NCBI GenBank assembly: GCA_026129305.1
Contig: JAHCII010000006.1
Location: 1,056 to 65,055 of the forward strand
Length of the DNA stretch: 64,000 nt
Origin: Anaerolineales bacterium
GTDB lineage: Bacteria > Chloroflexota > Anaerolineae > Anaerolineales > UBA11579
Direction of reading: 5' to 3'
In this document: positions 48,061-56,458 of the stretch, piece after piece
Layout of the letters: every line of letters starts with the position of its first letter
Position numbering within the stretch: the first letter of the stretch is position 1
Notes under the pieces: generated by a model
Database searches by the model: none
Told to the model about the DNA's origin: nothing
What the model saw: the letters and a program-made list of their open reading frames with translations, nothing else
Position numbers and translations under genes: made by a program

Positions 48061-48785
48061 AGCGCATCGAAGTAGCGGGCCAGTTCGGCCTTCAACGCCT
48101 CAACTGAATCAAAGACGAACAGAACTTCATTGAAGGTGTAAATCGCCTTCTCATAGCCGATCACGTTTTCCATGGTAAAAGGCCGTACCGGCGTTTTGCC
48201 TTGCATCACATGCTGGATCTCGCCATACGAGGACAGCAGCCCTGCCCCAAAGACCTTGGTCTGGTCGCCTTGGCGGATCAACCCAAATTCTGTACTGAAC
48301 CAAGCCAGCCGTTTAATGTTCTCGCGTTGCTGCGGGGTGGCTTTCAGGAAGGCAGGGGCGAACAGCTCCTGCAGGGCGGTGTAGCCCGGCAGAACCATGA
48401 AGGGCAGATGGCCGAAGATGTCGTGGAACATGTCCGGCTCAGGCGTGAAGTCCATTTCGTGCCGCTCGCGCATATAGTCGGTGATCAGGAACTGGCGTTT
48501 GGCGAAGTGATGGTACCAGGGCACCGCGTCGGAGTAGCGCACCACCGTGCGCACCGTGCGCCAGCCGGTGCGCGGCGTGATGGCGGTGTTCAACTCAGCC
48601 AGCTGGGGGATACGCTCGGCGGACAACCCCAGCAGTGCAAAGCCTTGCAGATATTCGGCGCAGGCGTATTTTTGGACATTGGGCAGCTGGCGGGCGTACA
48701 GGTCACGCCAGACCGCGTGCTGCGCCTGGCTGAAAGCCAGGTCGCGGCCGCTGAGGGCGACAGTTTCGTTGCGGTGCAGGGTCAT
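48057..48785 (-). CDS. phhA: phenylalanine-4-hydroxylase (biopterin-dependent aromatic amino acid hydroxylase)
   Basis: PEPDMFHDIFGHLPFM contains the Fe-binding His residues, plus FGLIRQGDQTKVFGAGLLSSYGE. AAGGAGAG RBS at 48791-98 before the ATG at 48785. The track start at 49076 was rejected. Confidence 0.9.
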   Translation of the reverse strand: MTLHRNETVALSGRDLAFSQAQHAVWRDLYARQLPNVQKYACAEYLQGFALLGLSAERIPQLAELNTAITPRTGWRTVRTVVRYSDAVPWYHHFAKRQFLITDYMRERHEMDFTPEPDMFHDIFGHLPFMVLPGYTALQELFAPAFLKATPQQRENIKRLAWFSTEFGLIRQGDQTKVFGAGLLSSYGEIQHVMQGKTPVRPFTMENVIGYEKAIYTFNEVLFVFDSVEALKAELARYFDAL

Positions 48786-48810
48786 TTCTTCTCTCCTTGG
48801 CCGCTTAAAC

Positions 48811-48842
48811 AAAAAAACCACAGGCCGTTTGCCTGTGGTTTT
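48811..48842 (-). terminator. intrinsic terminator (segments 3:4 of the attenuator) in the phhA leader
   Basis: The minus strand reads AAAACCACAGGC-AAACG-GCCTGTGGTTTTTTTGTTT. It lies about 26 nt upstream of the phhA ATG. Confidence 0.75.
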
Positions 48843-48865
48843 GCTAAGCGGGGTTCGCGAAGTGG

Positions 48866-48946
48866 TTACTCTGGACAGGACAAAACGGCCAAGTCGGACT
48901 CGGCATAATAGTAGACGTACGCGTGGGAGCCGTTTTGGAATGCCAT
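48866..48946 (-). CDS. candidate 26-codon leader peptide MAFQNGSHAYVYYYAESDLAVLSCPE (Tyr-codon cluster)
   Basis: My own translation. Four Tyr codons fall within codons 10-14. The ORF overlaps attenuator segments 1 and 2. The ATG lies 8 nt after an extended -10, so the mRNA would be leaderless. Confidence 0.5.
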   Translation of the reverse strand: MAFQNGSHAYVYYYAESDLAVLSCPE

Positions 48947-48954
48947 TGGCCGGG

Positions 48955-48963
48955 ATTATAACA
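48955..48963 (-). promoter_or_regulatory. extended -10 promoter element TGTTATAAT for the phhA leader
   Basis: On the minus strand: TGT TATAAT, then CCCGGCCA, then ATG. No good -35 hexamer. Confidence 0.45.
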
Positions 48964-49062
48964 GGCGACGCTATTTTGGCGGCCAGGTTTTGTGAAATCG
49001 TCGATGTGTTGGTTGACCGCCTGAGAGGTCTATTAAGGGGCATCTTGATCCTAAGTTGAAAC

Positions 49063-49090
49063 AAAAAGACCCACAAGCGTGGGTCTTTTT
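49063..49090. terminator. terminator downstream of tRNA-Val
   Basis: AGACCCAC-AAGC-GTGGGTCT flanked by an A-run and a T-run. Confidence 0.8.
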
Positions 49091-49101
49091 GTAAGGTGCT
49101 A

Positions 49102-49178
49102 TGGTGGGCGCGATAGGACTCGAACCTACGACCTTTGCGATGTCAACGCAACGCTCTAACCAGCTGAGCTACGCGCCC
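49102..49178 (-). tRNA. tRNA-Val (anticodon GAC), CCA encoded
   Basis: The minus strand reads GGGCGCGTAGCTCAGCTGGTTAGAGCGTTGCGTTGACATCGCAAAGGTCGTAGGTTCGAGTCCTATCGCGCCCACCA. All four stems pair. Confidence 0.95.
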
Positions 49179-49188
49179 AAGGAGCGGA

Positions 49189-49194
49189 ATTATA
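49189..49194 (-). promoter_or_regulatory. -10 box TATAAT upstream of tRNA-Val
   Basis: A perfect hexamer 10 nt upstream of the mature tRNA 5' end. The -35 is weak. Confidence 0.35.
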
Positions 49195-49364
49195 CCGCTA
49201 TCCACAGAATCATAGGCATAAATGGCTTGCCTGGCGTGTTCTTCGCCCGTTCCTGAGAATGTTGATGATCGCGAATGAACAGACCCATTTGATCTCAGTC
49301 AAAATGCTGAAAATCTGTAGTGCTTCCCCGGCGAGCTCGACCACTCAAACCCCCGTTTATAATG

Positions 49365-49399
49365 TAGTATATATACTATATATGATAGTAGTTATACTA
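49365..49399. promoter_or_regulatory. two operator-like palindromes upstream of the ABC operon
   Basis: TAGTATATATACTA (49365-78, perfect 14-bp palindrome) and TAGTAGTTATACTA (49386-99). Their centres are 21 bp apart, just downstream of TATAAT (49358-63). Confidence 0.55.
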
Positions 49400-49431
49400 C
49401 AGCGTCAAACGCTAATACAAGAAGGAAGAAG

Positions 49432-50343
49432 ATGCCAAATAAAGATACAGCCATAGAGGTTACGGGCCTGCAGATGCGCTATGGCGACCATGTGGTTCTG
49501 GATGGAGTGGATTTTGCGCTGCGCCGCGGTGAGGTGCTGGTGCTGTTGGGCCCAAATGGGGCAGGCAAAACAACCATCATTGAGATTTTGGAAGGCTTTC
49601 GGGCGCGCTCTGGCGGAAGTGTCAGCGTGCTTGGCATTGATCCCGAACAGGCTGACGAGGCCTGGCGCGCCCGGGTGGGGATTGTGTTGCAATCGTGGCG
49701 TGATCATTCGGCCTGGCAAGTGCGAGAGTTACTCAGCCACTTTGGCAAATACTTCGGACCGTATTCAACCGTTGAACGGCCGCGCCCCATTGGAACGGAT
49801 GAATTGCTTCACCTGGTTGGCCTGACGGACCAGGCCCACAAGAAGGTGCGCGATCTCTCGGGTGGACTGCGTCGCCGCCTGGATGTAGCCATCGGGCTGG
49901 TGGGCAATCCTGAGCTTCTCTTTCTGGATGAGCCGACGGTGGGATTCGACCCGAAGGCCAGGCGTGAACTTCATGACGTTATCCACCGGCTGGCTGACAT
50001 GCAAGGGACGACTATTTTGCTGTCCACACATGATCTGGATGAAGCCGAAAAATTGAGCGATCGGATTCTGATCTTAGCCGGGGGCAAAATTGTTGCCGAC
50101 GGAAGCGCGGATCAGCTCACGAAGGAATTTTCCAATCAGACAGAGGTGATTTGGACCCAAGACAATCAACGCCATGTCCATGCGGGCAGTGATGCTACGA
50201 CCTTCGCCCGCAAGCTATTGGCTCAGCATCCTGAAGGCATTAGCAACCTGGAAATTCGACACGCAAGCCTGGAAGATACCTACATGAATATTGTCCAAAC
50301 ACATGAGGCCAACTCCAAAGCGCAAAAAGGAGACACGCAGTGA
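49432..50343 (+). CDS. ABC transporter ATP-binding protein (ABC-2/DrrA-like)
   Basis: Walker A GPNGAGKTT, signature LSGGLRRRL, and Walker B LLFLDEPTVGFD. GAAGGAAG RBS. Confidence 0.92.
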   Translation: MPNKDTAIEVTGLQMRYGDHVVLDGVDFALRRGEVLVLLGPNGAGKTTIIEILEGFRARSGGSVSVLGIDPEQADEAWRARVGIVLQSWRDHSAWQVRELLSHFGKYFGPYSTVERPRPIGTDELLHLVGLTDQAHKKVRDLSGGLRRRLDVAIGLVGNPELLFLDEPTVGFDPKARRELHDVIHRLADMQGTTILLSTHDLDEAEKLSDRILILAGGKIVADGSADQLTKEFSNQTEVIWTQDNQRHVHAGSDATTFARKLLAQHPEGISNLEIRHASLEDTYMNIVQTHEANSKAQKGDTQ

Positions 50344-51173
50344 AATCGCTACGCAATGTGATCGGCCTCGGTCTTGCCCGGGGCTGGACCGAGTTTTGGA
50401 TCCCCATCCTCACCTGGCAGGGGCTGTTGGGGGCGCTGTTTGCACCCGTCTCCCTGGTGGCGATTTTGTGGTTCTTCCGTGAGCGGCAATCTGAAGGGGT
50501 TTCCCTGGCGCTGTTAATGCTACCCGGCTTTCTGAGTTTCCAGTTGGCCCAAGAAGGCCTGGTGGGTGTGGCCCAAAAGCTGGCCCTGGACCGCGAGGAT
50601 GGCACGCTTCTGCGGGCCAAAGCGCTGCCTCAAGGCATGTTGGCCTATTTGATCGCGCGGGTCGTGGTGATCGTACTTTCAGCACTCATGAACCTGATGC
50701 TTGTGCTCATCCCGGTGCTTTTCATTGCGCCCGGTTTGGTTACCATCGATGGCACCGGCTTCATAACCTTGGCCTGGGTCTTTGCGCTGGCCTTTCTGGC
50801 AATCACCCCCATCGGAGCCGTGATTGGGGCCATAATGAAGAGTCCTGCGGCGGCTCTTGGCTTGTCTCTTTTGCCTATGGGCGCCCTGGTTCTTGCTTCA
50901 GGAATTTTTTATCCGCTTGCCGCCCTGCCTGTGATCAGCGAGATTTTTCCGGTGTACTGGCTGGGCCATGGGCTTCGTTCGGCTTTATTGCCCGAAATGC
51001 TCGCCACACTTGAGATTGGTGGTTCTTGGCGACCTCTCGAAACGGCCCTCGTTCTTGCCGCTTGGGCCACTGGGGGCTTGTTACTAGCGCCTGGTATTCT
51101 GCGCCGCATGGCCCGGCGCACCTCCGGGAGTGAAATGGAGGCGGGGAGACGGCGCTATACTCAGAGCGGCTAG
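50340..51173 (+). CDS. ABC-2 type exporter permease
   Basis: GTGA overlap with the ATPase gene. Six TM helices. Confidence 0.8.
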   Translation: MKSLRNVIGLGLARGWTEFWIPILTWQGLLGALFAPVSLVAILWFFRERQSEGVSLALLMLPGFLSFQLAQEGLVGVAQKLALDREDGTLLRAKALPQGMLAYLIARVVVIVLSALMNLMLVLIPVLFIAPGLVTIDGTGFITLAWVFALAFLAITPIGAVIGAIMKSPAAALGLSLLPMGALVLASGIFYPLAALPVISEIFPVYWLGHGLRSALLPEMLATLEIGGSWRPLETALVLAAWATGGLLLAPGILRRMARRTSGSEMEAGRRRYTQSG

Positions 51174-51184
51174 TAGATTGCTTT

Positions 51185-51430
51185 ATGGAAAACGACAGCA
51201 TTCTTTTCAATCGCATCGCCGTGTTGCGGGCGGAGCGCCAAATCTCACGTCGTGAACTGGCGAATGCGCTAAGTATTCACTACCAAACAGTGGGCTATCT
51301 GGAGCGCGGCGAATTCAACCCCAGCCTACAACTTGCCTTACGTATTGCAGATTTTTTTGATGTACCAGTAGAGACTGTGTTTTCCCTAAAACCGTTTGAG
51401 GGGATTGGCAGATCTTCTGCTGACGGTTGA
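51185..51430 (+). CDS. XRE-family HTH regulator (YozG-like short form)
   Basis: NRIAVLRAERQISRRELANALSIHYQTVGYLERGEFNPSLQLALRIADFFDVPVETVF. Confidence 0.88.
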   Translation: MENDSILFNRIAVLRAERQISRRELANALSIHYQTVGYLERGEFNPSLQLALRIADFFDVPVETVFSLKPFEGIGRSSADG

Positions 51431-51450
51431 TAGCCGCACGATCTGAAAAC

Positions 51451-53337
51451 TTACCTGGCGCGCGCCCACAAGGCCAGGCAAGCCAGCGCCCACAGGCGCT
51501 TGCCGTGGTCCTGCTTGCCGGCTCCGTGCTCGGCCAGCAGTTGCAGCATGGTCTCGCGGCGCAGCCAGCCGGCCAACGGGCTGCCAGGATCCAGCAAGGT
51601 TTCGTGCAGCCAACCCTGCAGCGGGCCGCGCAGCCAAGCGCCTACCGGGATGCCGAAGCCCTGTTTGCGCTTGCTGGTGATCTCGGCGGGCAGCAGATGC
51701 CGAAAGGCTTTGCGCAGCAGCTGCTTGCCCTGGCGGCCGCGCAGCTTGTAGCGGGCCGGCAGGCGGGCTGCCCAGGCGACCAGCTCGTGATCCAGCAGGG
51801 GCGAGCGCCCCTCCAGCCCCTGCGCCATGGTCATGCGGTCGGCCTTGACCAACAGGTCACCGGGCAAGTAACTCTTCAGGTCAGCGTACAGTGCGCGGTC
51901 CAGGCGGCTGGCGGCGGGCGCCGCGGCGTACAAGGCTGCCATCTCTTGCTCGGCACGTTTGTGATGCAAGTGGGCCGCCAGCCCCGGCTGCCACAAAGCG
52001 GCCTTATGGCTGGGCGAGAAATACGAGCCCCAGCGCAGCAGCGAGGCGCGCCGGTCGATCTCGGTCAGCTGCGGCAGGCGTTTGATGCCGTTGGCCAGAC
52101 TGCTGCCGATCGGGCCATCCGCCCGGTCAGGCAGGGCGGCGGCCAGGGCTGGGGCCAGCCGGCGGGTCACCAAGCCGGGCAGGCGCAGATATTGGTCGGC
52201 GTAGCCGTCCAGCCAGTGCCGCCAGTAACCGGCAAAGGATTCATCGCCGCCATCACCGTTCAGCGCCACGGTGACGTGTTGGCGCGTCAGCCGCGCCAAG
52301 TGGTACAGCGGCAGCGCTGAGGGGTCGGCGAAAGGTTCGCCGAAGTGGCCCAACAGGGTTTCCAGTGTGACCGGGATGTCGCCAAAGGTCAGCGTGAACT
52401 CGTGGTGGTCGGTGGCATAGCGCTCGGCCACAGCTCGGGCGTAAGGCAGCTCGGAGAAGCTGGTCTCCTCGAAGCCCACCGAGAAGGTCTTGACCGCGCC
52501 ACTGCTGGCCTCCGCCATCAGCGCTACCACGATGCTCGAGTCGATGCCGCCGCTCAGGTGCGCGCCCAGCGGCACTTCGCTGATCAGGCGCATCTGCACC
52601 GCCTCACGCGCCAGCCCGCGCAGCTCTTCGATCAATTCCCCTTCTCTGGCGGTGTGCTTGGGTTGGTAGTCCAACTGCCAGTACGCTTGCATGCTCAGCT
52701 GGCCGTTCTGCCAGACCATGCGGTGGGCGGCGGGCAGCTTGTGTACACCCTGGTAAGCCGTGTAGGGTTCCGGCACGTACTGCAGGCTGAGGTAATCGTC
52801 GATGGCCTGCAGGTCAATATCGGGCTGCTGGGGCAGCACGCTCAGCAAGGCTTGCAGCTCGGAGGCAAAATACAGCTGCCCGCCCTGTACGGTGTAGTGC
52901 AGCGGTTTTTTGCCCAGGCGGTCGCGGGCCAGCAGCAGACGCTGGCGCTTGGCGTCCCACAGCGCGAAGGCGAACATGCCGCGCAGATGCTGCACGCACT
53001 CGTCGCCGTATTCTTCATACAAATGCACGATGCATTCGGTGTCGGTTTGGGTGTAAAAGCGGTGGCCCTGCTTCTCCAACTTCTCACGCAGGACTGGGTA
53101 GTTATAGCACTCGCCGTTGAAGACGATGGCGAGGCTTTTGTCTTCGTTGAAAATGGGCTGGTCGCCGCCCGCCACATCAATAATCGCCAGGCGGCGCATG
53201 GCCAGGCCCACGCCAGGCGCCTCGTAATAGCCTTCGCCGTCCGGCCCGCGGTGGGCGATGGCCGTGTTCAGCCGGCGCAGTTGGGCGCCGTCTGGCCGCC
53301 GCTCGCCGCCCGGGGCAATGCCGCAGATGCCGCACAT
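51451..53337 (-). CDS. asnB: asparagine synthase (glutamine-hydrolysing)
   Basis: N-terminal nucleophile MCGI. Motifs LSGGIDSS and FNGECYNY. The track start at 53460 was rejected. Confidence 0.92.
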   Translation of the reverse strand: MCGICGIAPGGERRPDGAQLRRLNTAIAHRGPDGEGYYEAPGVGLAMRRLAIIDVAGGDQPIFNEDKSLAIVFNGECYNYPVLREKLEKQGHRFYTQTDTECIVHLYEEYGDECVQHLRGMFAFALWDAKRQRLLLARDRLGKKPLHYTVQGGQLYFASELQALLSVLPQQPDIDLQAIDDYLSLQYVPEPYTAYQGVHKLPAAHRMVWQNGQLSMQAYWQLDYQPKHTAREGELIEELRGLAREAVQMRLISEVPLGAHLSGGIDSSIVVALMAEASSGAVKTFSVGFEETSFSELPYARAVAERYATDHHEFTLTFGDIPVTLETLLGHFGEPFADPSALPLYHLARLTRQHVTVALNGDGGDESFAGYWRHWLDGYADQYLRLPGLVTRRLAPALAAALPDRADGPIGSSLANGIKRLPQLTEIDRRASLLRWGSYFSPSHKAALWQPGLAAHLHHKRAEQEMAALYAAAPAASRLDRALYADLKSYLPGDLLVKADRMTMAQGLEGRSPLLDHELVAWAARLPARYKLRGRQGKQLLRKAFRHLLPAEITSKRKQGFGIPVGAWLRGPLQGWLHETLLDPGSPLAGWLRRETMLQLLAEHGAGKQDHGKRLWALACLALWARAR

Positions 53338-53338
53338 C

Positions 53339-54469
53339 TCAGTCAGCCCTCTGGGCGGCTTGCAGCAACTGCAGGTAGGCTTCGGCCACAGCCGGCCAGG
53401 TGTAGTGCTGCTGCACGCGCTGGCGGGCCGCCGCGCCCATGCGCTGGCGCAGGCGGGCATCTGCCAGGGCGTGCAGGGCGTTTTTCAAGGCAAGTGGGTC
53501 TTCGCTGGGTACAAGCATTCCACAGTCTGGGGTGATCAGCTCTTCGTTGCCGGCGATCCGGCTGGCCAGCACTGGCAGGCCGCTGGCCATGGCTTCCAGC
53601 ACGGCATTGGGCATGCCTTCATGGCGGGATGGGTGCACGAACAGGTTGGCGGCTGCCAGCCTTTCGGCCAATTGCTGGCGGTCCAGCCAACCGCAAAATT
53701 CTACCCGTTCGGCCAGGCCCAGTGCGGCGGCTTGCTCTCGCAGGCTTTCCAGCCTTGGCCCGTCCCCGCCGATGGTCAGCCTCCAACCCGGCTCGGCAAA
53801 ATCCGCCAGGGCGTCCAACAGCAGGTCCAACCCTTTCTGGTAGACCACCCGGCCGACGAAGAGCATGCGTAAGGGCTGCCAGACGCGCCTGGCAGCCGGA
53901 AAGGCGGCCAGGTCCACGCCGTTGGGGATAATTTCGATCTGGCGCGCCGGGTCAAAGGCCTGCGCCAACTGGCGCAGACCCCGGCTGTTGGCCACCACCA
54001 CTGCCGCCCGTCGCCAGACCCGGCGCAGCAGCGGCCCCAGCAAGCGGTGCTGGCGGCCGAAGTCGTAGGGCCGGAAGCCGGGCACATCGCCGCCGCGCAG
54101 GCTGACAACGTAGGGCAACCCCAGCAGGTGGTTCCACAGCCAGGCGGCCACGCCGCTGGGCGCGCCGAAGAAGGCCAGGGTTATGTCCGGCTTCAGCCGC
54201 CGCGCCCAGGACAGGCCCCACAAGCAGGCCGAGAGGATAAAGACGGCTTGCTCCAGGGCGGTGGAACGGTCCTGGTGGCGGCGCAAGCCAGGCAGCCGGA
54301 TGATGCGCACGCCTTCCAGCGTTTCGTCGCCAGGCAGGTCACCATAGCGTGCCGTCAGCACGCTGACCCGGTGGCCGCGCCCGGCGAACTGTCGCGCCAA
54401 TTGGGCGCTGGCGTTTCCAGCCCCGGCCCCGATTGGCGGGTATTCGCTGTTGAGGATCAGGATGTGCAT
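53339..54469 (-). CDS. glycosyltransferase family 4 (GT-B, Glycos_transf_1)
   Basis: MHILILNSEYPPIGAGAGNA... and the C-terminal E(x7)E-type motif PSRHEGMPNAVLEAMASGLPVL. Confidence 0.88.
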   Translation of the reverse strand: MHILILNSEYPPIGAGAGNASAQLARQFAGRGHRVSVLTARYGDLPGDETLEGVRIIRLPGLRRHQDRSTALEQAVFILSACLWGLSWARRLKPDITLAFFGAPSGVAAWLWNHLLGLPYVVSLRGGDVPGFRPYDFGRQHRLLGPLLRRVWRRAAVVVANSRGLRQLAQAFDPARQIEIIPNGVDLAAFPAARRVWQPLRMLFVGRVVYQKGLDLLLDALADFAEPGWRLTIGGDGPRLESLREQAAALGLAERVEFCGWLDRQQLAERLAAANLFVHPSRHEGMPNAVLEAMASGLPVLASRIAGNEELITPDCGMLVPSEDPLALKNALHALADARLRQRMGAAARQRVQQHYTWPAVAEAYLQLLQAAQRAD

Positions 54470-56458
54470 TTAGCGATCACCGCATTTTGGGAAATGCGGC
54501 ACCAACAACTGCACTGAAGGATTGCTGGAGGTCGCGATTGGCTGATAGGCGCACAAAATGGTGCGCGTGACGGCCTCCACCCAGGCGTTGTTCTCCGCGG
54601 CCAAGGGGTCCTGGCGTTCGTCCACCAGGCGGTCAAACAGCGGGTCGGTCACGATGAGGCCAAAACGGTGCTCATCCACCAGTTTGGCGAAACGCGCCAA
54701 GTAGTCTTCGTTGTGGGAGATCGCCATTTCCATCAGAAACAGCTTTTCGTAGTCCGGGTAGAGCGGTACGCCTTCCACCAGGCCGAAGGTGACTAAATGG
54801 CGTTGGGAGATGAACAAGACCTGCGAACCGTTGGCCATGGCCTTGTCGGCCTCGGTTTGGATCTGCTGCAGCAGCTGCGCGGTCTCCTGTTCTGGGGCCA
54901 TCTTCAACGGCCCGCCATTGAAAATGGCGAAGCCGATCGGGATGAGCAGCAGAGCGGCCTGCAGCCCAACTGGCACGCGCAGCGCGGCCAGCTTTCCGGC
55001 GGATTGCGGAGAGTATTGGCCCACGGCCAGCGCGCAGGCCAGGGTCAGCAGCAGCACCATATAGGCGTCCATATTGTGCAGGTTGGTGCCTCCGCCGATC
55101 TTGACGCTCACCACCAGGCCGCCGGCGAAGAAGATCAGCAGCAGGGCCGCTACACCCAGCCAGCGCCATTGGCCCAGCCCACTGCCGGGTTGGCGCAGGC
55201 GCAGGGCCAACAGGGCCAACAGCGGCAGTGAGACCAGCACAATCCCGGGCAAAATGCCGGGCGGGAAAGCCGCATTGGGCCACAGGCGCGCCCACAGCAA
55301 TGCGGAGGTGAACGATGAGCCGAAATGCTCTGGCGGGTTGCCCGAGTTGAGGATATAGACCGCGTAGGCGCCCAAGCCGGCCAAGCTGCCGCCCACAGTG
55401 AACAATGCTGGCCGCCAGAGGTAGTCTGGGCTTAGAGCGCGTCGTGCGGGATGCACTTCAATAAAATACAGCAGGGCAGCCAACGCCCCGGGCAGCGGTA
55501 CCCAGTTGATGCGGCTGAGCCCAGCCCAGATCGAAGCCAAGGCCACAAACAGCAGGGTGCGCCCCAAGCGCTTGCTGTCGAAGCCGATTAGCACCAGGAA
55601 CACGCATGGCAGCAGGTGGTAAAACACAGCGCCCTGCATCAGGAACAAGAAGCCCCACAGGACGAACAAAAACCGCGCATAGCCTGCCGGGGTCTGCAAG
55701 CGGCGCGCCAGCAGCCAGGCGGTCAGCAGCGGCATGCCAACCCACAGAAGGGCCTGCCACAGACGATGCAGCCACAAGGCCGAGCCGGGGAGCAGGAAAG
55801 GCAGCGACTGCAGCAGGTAGCGGCTGGGGTGCGTCACCGGCCAGGGCAGATCGATGCCGTATAGCGCCTGGTCGAAGAACATGGAAGCCTGGTAGTAGCG
55901 GCTGATCTCCGACCATTCCAGCGAGAAGGGATAGCTTTGCGCCATGACCAGGAAGGTGCCCCCCAGGTACACGCTGGCGACCACCAGCAGGCTGCCGGCC
56001 AGGTTGGAGAGCCAACTGCTCTTGCGCCAGGCGGCCAGCAATGAGGCGCCCAACGCCGCCAGGGTCCAGAACAGCAGCAAGCGCGTATAGCCGCCGCTCA
56101 CAAAGCGACCGTAAAAGCCGAAGACGATCAGCGGCATGGCGACGGCTACGCCGGCAAACAGCGCCAGGGCCGCGGGGCCTAACGCTTGCAGCCTGCTTTG
56201 CAGGCGCTGCAGCCCGGCCAGCAACCGGGTTCCCAGCGGGCTCAGCGCGGCGCTGGCCAGCAGCGCCAGCACTGCCAGCAGGCCGTAGCCGGCATACAAG
56301 GCAGAACGGAAGCGCGCTGACGTGAAGAACAGCTCTTCGGCGATGATCTGATCGCTAAATTGGCTGAGCGCTGCGGCTGTCAGGACCACGCTGAGCCACA
56401 GCAGCACCCGCAAAGCACTCAGGGGGTTGGGTTTTTCAAAATGAGGCCAGGCTGCCAT
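54470..56458 (-). CDS. large polytopic membrane protein (about 14 TM plus a C-terminal soluble domain); possible GT-C-like glycosyltransferase or polymerase
   Basis: 662-aa hydrophobic ORF tightly packed within the glycan operon. No motif was recognised with confidence. Confidence 0.65.
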   Translation of the reverse strand: MAAWPHFEKPNPLSALRVLLWLSVVLTAAALSQFSDQIIAEELFFTSARFRSALYAGYGLLAVLALLASAALSPLGTRLLAGLQRLQSRLQALGPAALALFAGVAVAMPLIVFGFYGRFVSGGYTRLLLFWTLAALGASLLAAWRKSSWLSNLAGSLLVVASVYLGGTFLVMAQSYPFSLEWSEISRYYQASMFFDQALYGIDLPWPVTHPSRYLLQSLPFLLPGSALWLHRLWQALLWVGMPLLTAWLLARRLQTPAGYARFLFVLWGFLFLMQGAVFYHLLPCVFLVLIGFDSKRLGRTLLFVALASIWAGLSRINWVPLPGALAALLYFIEVHPARRALSPDYLWRPALFTVGGSLAGLGAYAVYILNSGNPPEHFGSSFTSALLWARLWPNAAFPPGILPGIVLVSLPLLALLALRLRQPGSGLGQWRWLGVAALLLIFFAGGLVVSVKIGGGTNLHNMDAYMVLLLTLACALAVGQYSPQSAGKLAALRVPVGLQAALLLIPIGFAIFNGGPLKMAPEQETAQLLQQIQTEADKAMANGSQVLFISQRHLVTFGLVEGVPLYPDYEKLFLMEMAISHNEDYLARFAKLVDEHRFGLIVTDPLFDRLVDERQDPLAAENNAWVEAVTRTILCAYQPIATSSNPSVQLLVPHFPKCGDR

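Noticed and set aside
48843-49062. T-box or other known riboswitch in the phhA leader.
   Set aside because: I found no T-box sequence (AANNNGGGTGGTACCGCG-like) and no specifier-loop architecture. The alternative pairings fit a leader-peptide attenuator instead.
48786-49076. N-terminal 97-aa extension of phhA in the ORF track (start at 49076).
   Set aside because: The extension (MWVFLFQLRIKMPLNRPLRRSTNTS...) is not protein-like. It runs through two intrinsic terminators and the leader region. The internal ATG at 48785 has an AAGGAGAG RBS and matches the usual PhhA N-terminus.
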